NCBI RefSeq assembly: GCF_006345805.1
Contig: NC_043012.1
Location: forward strand, 29,760,001 to 29,824,000
Length of the DNA: 64,000 nucleotides
Reading direction: 5' to 3'
From: Octopus sinensis
Taxonomy: Eukaryota
Under the pieces are notes generated by a model. That model searched no databases. It was not told where the DNA came from and was given only the letters and a program-made list of their open reading frames with translations. Every line of letters starts with the position of its first letter. Position 1 is the stretch's first letter. Below are positions 53,201-64,000 of this stretch, in pieces. The translations under genes and the position numbers were made by a program.

Positions 53201-55829
53201 AATTGGTGGAGGGCTCTCTTCACAGATTTCTTTGCATCTGTTCCAAGACCTCTTTAAATGCCAAAATGGGATTAGGTTCCTGTATTTTTTAATTATTTTT
53301 TTTTTATTGCAATATTTTTAATCCATCGAAAACAGAATTATGTTTTTCTCTCCATTTCTAATAAACCAAAATGTCTCACTTGCAGAAACTTTTGGAATTT
53401 TCTATTTCATTTTAGGAATTTGTATTCATTCTTTGTTCTTCCTTTCATTTTTGCATATTTTAAAAAATCTCTTTTTGGAACAATTCCATGTTGCAGTTGA
53501 AGAAATATCTTCCAAAATAACCACAAAATGATTTGTAAGTGCTTGTATCAATATATAAACAAGCATGTGTGTGTGTGTGTGTGATGAAGGTCACATTGTG
53601 TTCAATGAAGTCTGCTGGTCGTTTGCTAAGATAATGAGTTGAGGACTGGCTAGTGATTCCAGCTATAATGGGCACAAGGTCTCTAAAAGACTCGTCAGTA
53701 GGAGCCTGTTAATTTATGCTGCTAAAACATTTTTTGCATGTTTTGTTCTGCCTCAAAGAATTTTGACAACTGGTATGCTCACACCATTTTTTTCTTTTTA
53801 CATTTACAAATTTCATGACTCTCATGTTTACATATATGTGTGTGTGTATGTATACATATGCATATGTACATTTATATGTAATACACATATATGTATATAT
53901 AAGTAAATGTGTATATATACGTGTGTGTATGTATATATATTTATATATTATATACATAAATGTGTGTTACTTCTAATGCATTGATTTTTTGTCTTTTCGT
54001 AAATTTTGTGAAATTGTTTGTAAGAAAATTATTTAAAAAAAAAAGACTTTTATAGCCCTTGAGTAGGCAAAACGAATTGTTTTTTTCCTTTTATATTTCA
54101 TTTTTAAAATTTCAATGAAAAATAAATTTCTGAACGAAACCCTGCAAGACTATTGGGACTGGATCTGTGGTTATTTTCAAGTGACTGGGTCACTTACCGA
54201 CGTTTTCATTGTCTCAAAGATGATAAAAAAAAAAAAAACCTGAAAGAGAGGGGCAAAAAAAAAAATTGTTTTACTTATAATAATGGTGATTAATTTATCA
54301 TCATTTTTATTTTTATTCCTTTTCACTTTTTTATACTAAAATTTATTTATTTTCTCTTTTTTCTCCCTTTTTACTCCTCTTCTCACTTTCCCACAGTTTT
54401 CATCTCGCTTCCTTCAAATTTTTTTTCCATCATTTTTCATGTAATTTGTTGTAAATTTTTGTATAAATCAATCGAACACACACACTCACCCACCCACACA
54501 TACACTCAAAAACACACACACACACACAGAAAGAAAGAAAAGGAAAATATACAAAAAGCAGTATAAAGACAACTAATAAAACACTAAATTTGTTGAAAGA
54601 ATATATAATAAACCATAATGAACAAAGATATTTAAAAAAAAAACAACATATCCGTCCGAATTCAATTTAACCATTTTTTTCTCTCTCTCACTTTCTCTTT
54701 TTTTTGTTCTGCAAAAATAAAAATTAAAAATTAAAAATAGGACAAATAAAAACAAAAATTTTTTATTACTTTGATGAAAAAACTTTTTTTTTAATTTTCT
54801 TTCATTACAAAACTGCAGACAACGTCTAAATTATTGGAAAAAAAAATTTCTTGTTTGGAGAATATAAATCCCTGAGAACAACGAATTTCTCCATTTATAT
54901 TTGTTTGTGTGTGTATATATATATATATATGTGCGTGTGTATATGTATATGTGTGTGTATATATATATGTATACACACTCACACACAAGCCTGCACATGT
55001 GTGTATATATATATATATACATACATAAATATATAGGTATATACATGTGTGCATATATATATATAGACATGTATAATATATATGTGGGTGATTTACGGAA
55101 TAAAAAAATAGACCCAGCCCCCAGCCCCTAACTAAACTTTTTAATAAAATACAATGTTTGCAATTTATTCAACAAGAAAGCTACATAGTTCAGATATTTA
55201 TCGTCCAAAAACCTTAAAAATCTGTTAATAAAAAAAATTAAAAACAAACAAAAAAGATTAAAAAATCTTTTCTTCTTCTACCTATATCTCTTCTCTCTTT
55301 TTTTTTAAAGCTTATCTTGTGCTTACACATACACACGTAATAATAATAATAACAACACAAGAGATATTTAAATCAAAGCGTTTTCCCACAAAAATTTATT
55401 CCTCCCCTCTTACAAAAAATAAAAATGAAGACAAAATCTCTACCAAAAAAAATCGATTTTCCCCTCAAAATTCTTGAAAACGTCTGAAATATTGTTGGAT
55501 ACTTTTTTTTTTATTTACTGAATTTTTTGCCTCAAAATTTTTGGCTTCAGCTAATCACCTGGACGTTTGTTATTAAAGTAATGTGTTTAAAGTGAAAACA
55601 AAAAAAAAAGAAAAAAAAAAACTCTGGTCTTCCATTTGTTGTTGTTGGTGTTGGTTCTTTTCTTTTTTTTTTGGTAGGGGAGAAGTGTTTTGTTTTTAGA
55701 TTTTTTTTTCTTTTACCAGTAGAGATAGAATTCTTCCTCATTACTCCTTCATCTCCATTCTGGCATGGTGGCTTTAACAAGGTCTATCACAGCCCTGAGT
55801 CATTTCTTTTTTTAGGGGTTATTAGTGGA

Positions 55830-56505
55830 ACCCCATCTCACCTGTTCTCTTCATAGTGAGACAACTTCAAGAATTAAGCTCTCTACAGAGGCAGTTAGCA
55901 AGGTGAAGAGTTGGAAATGAGTTCAGTGAAGAATTGGGCATGCAAGTAGGGGTCCATCAGGGCTCAGTTGTTAGTCCCACTCCTATTTATTATAGTCCTC
56001 CTCATGAAAACAATGGTACTTAATATCTGTTACTTATGGGAGTTCCTGTAAGTTCACAGAGTTCTTATGGTGAAGTGTGTGGGAAATTCAGAGAAATTCC
56101 AGACATGGAAATCAAATTTAGAATCAAGAGACCTCAAAGTAAACTTCTGAAAGCCTAAGATGGTTGTGGTCAAAGACTGCATTATACTTCATTCTCTAGA
56201 ATGGTATGGTTTTTACAGCTAAGACAAGACTAACAGCACCAAGGAAAAAAACTCTACTCAATATACAAAAAAGGATTTTAGTAGAAATTTCACTTAGTAC
56301 TCCCTGTACTGGTGGCACATAAAAAGCACCAAGCAATCGTGGTCGTTGCCAGCTCCTATGCTGGTGGCATGTAAAAAGCACCCCCTACACTCTTGGAGTG
56401 GTTGGCGTTAGGAAGGGCAGCTGTAGAAATGCTGCCACGTCAGCCTGGTCAAACTGTCCAACCCGTGCCAACATGGAAAATGGACGACGTTAAACGATGA
56501 TGATG
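55830..56505 (+). mobile_element. Decayed RTE LINE (RT remnant plus 3' tail)
   Basis: GVHQGSVVSP.LFIIVL and WKSNLESRDLKVN remnants; 3'UTR with gatgatgatg tail at ~56495. Confidence 0.75.
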
Positions 56506-57149
56506 TGATCTGTGGTTTCAGAAGAAGTTTAACAATCAAGGGTGGGCTGATGGTGACTGGAGATTTTGCCTGTGGTGGGTATACAGAAGTAGAGAGCCCT
56601 CAGGATATCAATAAACCCCTTGCAAGGCTGAGGGACCTATACAGTAGTAGTAAATAGCTTCATTTGCCAAGGTGACCCAATCAGCAATATGGAATGGTGT
56701 ACCACGAACACGGCCAGAATTAAAATTGGATCTAAATAACGGGTGAAAACAGTTTTGATTATTTTTTAAAAAAGAAATGTTTAGCAAAGGGATGATAATC
56801 CTATTTGGAGGTTATGACCCTCATATTATTTCACAGCAAGATTAAATCACAACGATGGTGCTTGAAGTATAATTTGAACCCACAACCATGTTATAGCCTG
56901 CAGATTAGTAATGCGTTAACCTCACATCTGGCTAACAACAACTGTGTCCATGTGGTTGCTTGATCTGCTAAGCTATTAGCTTAACTAGAGACACCAGTTC
57001 ACCCCTTTCTGTAACAGTGGAACAGTCCAAAATTCTTGAGTCAGCAGCTGGTTTGCTCCCATTGTTGGATGGTTTCAAAAATAACATTTAAGAACTAACA
57101 AGAATAAATAGAAAACAAAAAGGAAAGATTTAATATAAACAAAACTAAT

Positions 57150-58290
57150 AATTCTTTCTATTATTGGCACAAAGCCTGACATTAGGAGGAGGAGATTGAG
57201 GGCATCAGCCAGTGTACTTCACTGGTATTTATTTTAGTGACTCCTGAAAGGCAGAGTTTGAACATATTTCTTTACTACCCACAAGGGGCTAAACACAAAG
57301 AGAACAAACGGATTAAGTCAATTACATCAACCCCAGTGCGTAACTGGTACTTAATTTATCGACCCCAAAAGGATGAAAGGCAAAGTCGACCTTGGCGGAA
57401 TTTGAACTCAGAATGTAACGGCAGACGAAATCCAGCGTGCTAATGTTTCTGCCAGCTCACCGCCCTTGAACTTAGAAGAAATACCATTAAGCATTTTGTC
57501 CAATGTGCTGAGGATTGTGGAGGGGAGAAGATAGGTCGAGAACCCAGTTACTTGAATTTATTGACTGTGGAAGGCTGAAAGGCAAAGACGAGCATGGCAG
57601 GATTTGAACTCTGGATGTAAAGTGCCAGAAACAGTAACACTAAGCCCTTTGTCTCAGGCTAACAATTTTGCTTGTTAAATAATAATTATAATAATGGTTT
57701 CAAATTTTGCCACAAGGACAGCAGTTTTTTGTGGGGAGGGCATGAGTCAATTACATTGACCCCAGTGTTCAAGTGGTACTCAATTTATTGATCTCGGCAG
57801 GATTTGAACTTGGGTTGAAAAGCTGCATAGCACTCATTGTACTAAAAATTCTGCCAGTTTGCTGTCTTAAATAATAATAATCCTTTTCTACTACAAGCAC
57901 AAGGCCTCAAATTTGCAGGAGGGGGATAGTTGATTAGATTGACCCTGAAAGGTTGAAATAGCAAAGTTGAACTCAGAACATAAGGATGGATGAAATGCTG
58001 CTAAGCATTTTGCCTGGAGTGCTAAAAATTCTGCCAGCTCGCTGCCTTAAATAATAATAATAATCCTTTTTACTATAGGCACAAGACCTGAAATTTTGGG
58101 GCAGGAGAGCCAGTTGATTACATCAACCCCAGTGTTTCACTGGTACTTAATTTATTGACCCTGAAAGGATGAAAGGCAGAGTTAACCTCAGCAGAATTTG
58201 AACTCTGAATGTAGCGATGGGCAAAATTCAACTAAGCATTTTACCCAGCATGCTAACGATTCTGCCAGCTTGCCACCTTAATAATAATAA
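57150..58290 (-). mobile_element. Head-to-tail stack of ~5-6 SINE family D copies separated by (AAT)n
   Basis: Repeated GAGTTCAAATTC...GCCTTTCATCCTTT..GGGTCGATAAATTAAGTACCAG motif. Other copies at ~3040-3745, 40985-41390, 51330-51830, 52550-52790, 59110-59320. Confidence 0.85.
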
Positions 58291-58402
58291 TGGTAGTAGT
58301 ATCTCACCTTCATGAAAGAACAACGTACAATAATTAAAGAGAGACTGGCTTTAAAATCATTTTACTATTATCAAAATATAAAATTATGTACAAATATTTG
58401 TT

Positions 58403-58499
58403 TTAAACACTAAAGAAATAGGAATCAATTCTTGGTGTAGAATTGTGTTTTAAGGATTTCTTCCTTTTGTTGATGTCTGGACTTGGGGTTTCAGCAGGC
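58403..58499 (-). CDS. POLK: DNA polymerase kappa, terminal coding exon (basic NLS-like KRKK, PIP-like IDSYFF)
   Basis: Acceptor ttcttcttcaattccag|G in phase 2 gives R-PAETPSPDINKRKKSLKHNSTPRIDSYFFSV*. This is the same architecture as the vertebrate Pol kappa C-terminus (basic patch followed by a PIP box with two aromatics). Confidence 0.75.
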
Positions 58500-58639
58500 C
58501 TGGAATTGAAGAAGAAGAATTTCTTTGTTAACCATAAAGAAAACATTAAGAACAGCTCAGGATAATACTTTTGGTGAGTGGGATTCGTGTACAACAATGA
58601 GAATTCCTCAATGGGGGGGAGGGGGCATGCAAGGGTTAC

Positions 58640-59090
58640 TTAAGGGAAAAAAACCCCCATAAAACCATGAGTGCCCTGATTTCTGGGGCAGGTGCCTTTT
58701 CTCAGTTCCTTATCTGTGATTTACAGGTGTATGCTCAGGGCACACCCATTCACTCACCACCCTCATCCACTGAGTGGCAACACTTTCCTTTCCACATGAA
58801 ACTTGAAGAAGTTGATGAGGGATTGATCAAAGAGGAAAAAAGTTTGTCATCATCCTTTGTTCCTGTCCACCAGGCATATAAAGAACTGCCTGCCCTTCCT
58901 AGTTAGAAGGCAGCATCAAAAACGGATTCAGTTGATAGCCAGATCTGTCCCACGTGTGTGACTGGATGTTCAACATGGAACTGCAGGCCAGCAATGCTCA
59001 GGCACTGAATAAGTGCATGTGGGAGGGGTTTTGTTGCCCTGCACACATCTGCCACATGCTCAGCTGACAGCACTTCCATGTCTGTAGAAT
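58640..59090 (-). mobile_element. Probable L1/Tx1-clade LINE ORF2 C-terminal remnant in POLK last intron
   Basis: C..C....PHALIQC zinc-knuckle-like motif followed by frameshifted EGQAV and SLINFFKFHVERKV segments (recalled similarity only). Confidence 0.45.
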
Positions 59091-60534
59091 TTATCGTGAA
59101 TAATAACAGTTTCAAATTGTTGACACAAGGTCAACAATTTTGAGAGAGAGTGTTAGTTAATTCCAGCACCTGATTGGTACTTTATGAAATAAAGTACCAG
59201 TCAGGTGCTATAGTAGAAAGGATGAAAAACTAACTTTAACAGGGTTTGAACTCAGAGTGTAAAGAGCCAGAAGAGATGCCGCTAAGCATTTTGTCCAAGC
59301 ACAAACGATTCTGCCAGTCATGCAGAATTCATTGAAGCAGATTTCTACAGCTGGGTGTCCTTCCTGTCACCAATCCTCACCTGATTCTGACAAAGGTGAC
59401 ATTATGCCATGGACGTGTTTTCATGGAAGATTGGAAATGAAGGACACTGCTTGTATAACAGTGACACTCGTTTACAACTACTGTGCAATGTCAAGACAAA
59501 GACACACAAAAGGCTTCTTCAATTCCCATCTTTCGAATTCACTCACAACACTTTGGTCAGACCAAGGATCTAGTAAAAGACACTTGCCCTAAGATGCTGC
59601 ACTACAGGGCTTAGTTTGAAACAGTGGCTGGGAAGCAAAGTTCTTCACCAAAAACCATGCCTCTACCAAAAGAGATGCTGTGATGCACTCTGAAATAAAC
59701 TGACAGGTTTTAAGCTGGTGTTGTGCAGTAGTGTGAATGAGCAGAGGTGCAAGGCCACGTAGAGTAAGAGAAGGATTTCATCCACCCACTCAGATACAAT
59801 TTACTTAGTTGTAGGCAGGCATTACAATGAGCTACAGTCTACTTAACTCTCAGCATGTATAAGGTGGAATAATTCACTGTTGTGAGCAGTGATTAGGACT
59901 GTTGGCCTGCAATAAAGAAAACCTCCCTGAGTAGGGGTCCAGAGACTGATTTATCTCTTATTCCCTTAAAAAGCCATTTACAAACAGGACTTTGCTTTTG
60001 CTAATTGTTTAAGGTGCCTCTGTAGTCCCAGATAGACACAGACAGCCTCTCAGCTCTCCCCCAGTTTGATCCAGTGGAACATCAAGGATGTGGCAGCTGA
60101 TGACAGAAGGGGCTCCATCAGCTGATTGTATTGTTTCTGAATTGTAAGCATGCTGAGTTCAAACACTGCTGAGGGCAATAGCTTAGCAAATCAAACAACT
60201 ACACGGACATTCTGTTGCTGGCTAAAAGTTTCAGGTTTTATTGAAAAGAAAAGCCATAAACTTGCTATGCTGACCATACCATCAGTTCCATCTCTTCTAC
60301 TCACATTGACCAACAAAGATCCAGACTGGGCATTATTGATATCAATCAATCTCACCTGAGAGTAGAGATCATGGTTTACTGCCCATTTCCACCATCTCTA
60401 ATTAAAGGTGTGAAAGCTGTGTTTGTGTGTGTGGAAAGGTCAGAGGTTACTTCTCCACACCTGCCTCCCCTGACAAAAGGTGACGTGATTAAAGACTTTA
60501 GATTGAATAAAACAAAAAACAGAAAGAAACCAAC

Positions 60535-62911
60535 CTTTTATGCTTGGCAGAATTCTTCAGTTCTTCTCCTTGTTCCAACAGAATTTTCCTGATTGTTCCT
60601 TGGTTTAAACACAGATCAACATGTTCATTAAAAGTAGACATGTCAGTAATTAGTATGTCTTTGTTACAAATGGGACATTGGTGTACCAATTCCGTTGTCT
60701 GACCGTTGTCCCTCTCGGTAGGGAACTCCTTGTCTTGAGGAAGTTTTGAGGTTGTCTTAGCTGGTGAGTGAAACTGTGTGTCTATACTGACGCAACCAGT
60801 TGACCCCTGAAACTGAGGTGGACAGCTAGAAGCAACCTCATTGTTTGGACTATCTCCATGGTTACAACTAGTTTCCACATTAATCATAGATTCACTAGTT
60901 TTAATAGAATTTTCAGTGGAATGGGGAAAAAGTTTCATTGAATGTGAGTGAAAAATTGAACAATCTGTTTGACCAGTATTAGCTGACCCATGAGATTGAC
61001 CACTGGTCACACTGTCCAACTGACCACTATTAAATATTTTTTGTAATTGTTCAGTGACATTGCTGCTTCCTCCCTGGTCACAGTCAGCCCTAGTCTCTAC
61101 TTTGTTACTGTCCTGATTGATTTCTTGACCAGTCTGAACCTCTGTCTCTAGTTTAACACTGACCAGACTCCTTCTCCGACCACTTTTAATTTTTTGTATT
61201 TTCTTAGTGACCAAGCTGATTTCCTGACCTGAGTCGACCTCTTTCTGTAGTTTATCACTGGCCAAATTAATTCTCTGACCAGAGTCAACCTCTTTCTGTA
61301 GCTTGCCACTGGCCAGACTACTTACTTGACCAGTTTCAACTATCTGCTGTACTTTCTCAACAACCAAACTAATATCTTGACCAGTCTCAACCTCCTGCTG
61401 TAGTTTATCACAGTCCAAACTATTTATCTGACCAGAGTCAACCTCTTGCTGTAGTTTATCAGTGACCGAACTGATGTCTTTCCCAGAGTCAACCTGTTTC
61501 TGTAATTTGTCACTGACCACACTATGTCCCAGACTAGTCTTGGCTACTGTCTGTTGCTGGTCAGTGATATCTTCATTATTCAACAGACCACCAGCATCAA
61601 CTTCTTGTTCTGAGCTAATAGTTTCATCCAATATCGATCCGTCTGTCTTCTCAACAACAACTCTTTCTGTAGATTCTGACCATTTCAAAGACTCATTGAA
61701 ACCCAAACACTGGTTTACTTCTTCTGCTTCTTCTTCTTCTTCTCTTTTATTTACACTAGATTTAGAAAAATATTTCAATAAATTGCAGTTCTTTAAGGTT
61801 TTCTTTAAAAATTTATTGTCTTGTATATTTTTAAACTTGGTTTGAATATTGGTACCAAATGGTTTCAGGCCAGTAGAATTAGCAATGTCTGCCGAAGAAC
61901 AATCAGTACCCTTTTCTGTGTTATCACAATCAGACTGTTTCCTTGAATTCTTACTGTGTGGGTCTGTAACATATTCAGGACAACTCTTAACAAGATCAAT
62001 TCTGTCTACTTTTGAAGGTTCCTCTTTTGTTCTATGAAGTCTTGTAAGAATTTGTTCCATGTCTGCATCATTTAATTCTGAAACTTTAGAAACATCTGCA
62101 GTTGCAGTTGAGCACTCAGGGGAAGGGTTTTCACAGCCACTTACTAATAATTCTTCAGAATTACCGAGTTTACTTACAGATGGTGAAAGACTTTTATTTT
62201 CATGGAGACAGCTTTCTTCCTCGACCTCAGCAGCAACACCATCAGAAGACAGATGGTGCTTAAGTGTTCCAGAATCAACACAACTCTCTAATATTACACC
62301 ATTGCTGTCTTTTTGCTCAGTTTCTGAAGAATTCTCTTTTGTACAAGTTTTTTTACAGTCCTTTCTTCGTTTCAGAATATTTTCAGTTTCAGAAAGGTTT
62401 TCGCTTTTACACTCAGATTTTTCAAGACAAGAATCTGTTGGAATTCCATTTCTGACTAAAGTTTCCTCAAATACAGTCTTCAAATTTTTCTGGGTCATTT
62501 TGGTTTTTTTCTTAGTTTTTCTTGAAGTTTTGATGGTAGAGAATTCTAAAAAATCTTCAAAATCTGCATTGGTCACCAATGGGGAAGCCCTCTTTGTTTT
62601 GCGATCATTTCCCCCAGATTGCTGCAACAAGCACTTATCAATATGAGCATTAAACAACCTCAGATCCTTCGGACATTTTCTATCACAAATTGGACAATAA
62701 TGACCAGGACTTTCAGAAATCCCCTTCTCCAGATAGTCACTAGAACTCTCGGCCTGTCCACACTCATTTGGTACCGTTTCATTTTGGCATTTTTTCTCAT
62801 GTTCAGTAAGTAAGTTCGTATCACTCGGAGAGGGGTCTTTCTTCATGAAATATTCTATACTATCCTTTTTTGGAAACTGAGAGGATAAAATAAGATTGGA
62901 CATCCGGACAC
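60535..62911 (-). CDS. POLK: DNA polymerase kappa, large C-terminal exon (two UBZ4 zinc fingers, 17-aa repeat region)
   Basis: Acceptor ttctag|GT GTC CGG ATG completes G-V-R-M in phase with the previous exon. Open frame of ~790 aa with UBZ motifs CPICDRKCPKDLRLFNAHIDKCL and CPICNKDILITDMSTFNEHVDLCL. Probable donor AAAAG|gttggt at 60535/60534. Confidence 0.87.
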
Positions 62912-63490
62912 CTAGAAATAAAGAATGATATTCATGTTGCCATAGCTACAAGGAGAATATGATAAAATATCAACAACAGTTCGTTTGTCCATTTTTACAT
63001 CTGTTTTTCCATGCTAGAATAGTTAGACATGTTTTACTGAGGCGTTGTCTTACAACCAGAGAACTTTCCTAACACTAAATGTTACCTGTTTCTTTCAAGC
63101 AGAGCTTATTCCAACCATCTTTGAAAGTGCAAAATTAGCAGATGATATCTTAACAGGAAAACGACAAGAAATTTTGCTATTTGTAGCTAAGTGCTTTTTC
63201 ATACAAAGCACGCAAGATGAATATAGTGAAGAGACAGTGTTAAAGGATAATGAGTAGGGAAGATAAAGAAGAAAAAAGGGTAACTAAAAAAAATAGAAAG
63301 TCATGTCCCTTGGGTACTAACCTTAATATCATGGACCCTTTAGCCCTTATTATAATTAACATGAACAGAGATTAAACAGGATATTTATACATGCATTGGT
63401 GTTTCAGTTGAGGAAAAGCAGGCTACTGGTCCCTACTTACTTAGTCTTTGATGTCTTAAATGGTGCTAAATTCAAAGAAATATTTCTTAC

Positions 63491-63662
63491 CCATTAACCG
63501 AAGCCTGAAAGGTTTTGGCATTGAATTTTGAATTTCTAATTGAAGAAGATTCCTGGCGACATTATAGATCTGAACCTCGTCACATGTGTGGCGAGTGAGC
63601 GTCTGGGACTTGGTTTTCACTTCGAAATCTACTGTCTTTATTTTCAATGAGACAGTCCGACC
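63491..63662 (-). CDS. POLK: DNA polymerase kappa, internal coding exon (little-finger/PAD domain end)
   Basis: Translates GRTVSLKIKTVDFEVKTKSQTL...LLQLEIQNSMPKPFRLRLMG, matching the Pol kappa little-finger motif GRTVT.K.K...FEVKTR...LRLRLMGVR. Acceptor ttttag|GGT at 63662, donor G|gtaaga at 63491/63490; 172 bp, phase 0 to 1. The gene continues beyond the window end. Confidence 0.9.
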
Positions 63663-64000
63663 CTAAAAACAGAACAAGAGATGGCACTGGTAAAAACCAT
63701 CATCATCACCATTTTAATGTTCCCACTTGAAGCAGATTTTCTACAGCTGGATGCCCTTCTTGTGCCAACCCTCACCTGTTACCAAGAAAGGTAATATATT
63801 CCCATGGCAGGAATATTCTCACGGAATATTCGAAATGAATGACACCGCTTGTATGACAGTGACACTTATTTACAACACAAGGAGACCACACACACACACA
63901 GGCACAGTCTCACATACACACCCATTGGGTTGAGGGACTTTTTCCCCTTTTCCTTTCTTTTATTTGTCAGGCAATTTACTTGGTGACCTCACTTGTGTTG

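Noticed and set aside
57150-58290. CRISPR-like repeat/spacer appearance of SINE stacks and the POLK 51-bp repeat
   Set aside because: Eukaryotic context, no constant short repeat with unique spacers, and no cas genes.

Overview
AT-rich, microsatellite-saturated animal genomic DNA. The repeat complement (tRNA-derived SINEs, RTE/CR1/R4/Penelope relics, huge TA arrays) and a single-exon C2H2 zinc-finger ORF suggest an octopus-like cephalopod; this is an inference, not verified. Two convergent genes are supportable. One is a C2H2 zinc-finger gene (+, 33913-35763; 8 complete fingers plus a truncated ninth). The other is the last three coding exons of DNA polymerase kappa (POLK, - strand; 63491-63662, 60535-62911, 58403-58499), with two widely spaced UBZ fingers and an unexpected ~10x17-aa tandem repeat. 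The rest is mostly decayed retroelements and MITEs. The most notable non-coding signal is a set of minimal type I hammerhead ribozyme motifs, each with a self-complementary 8-nt stem III. One is at 30701-30748. A divergent pair sits inside a 330-bp near-perfect palindrome (20738-21067). One lies in each copy of a 1.14-kb tandem duplication (5681-7928). Coordinates of decayed repeats are approximate and no database search was run.
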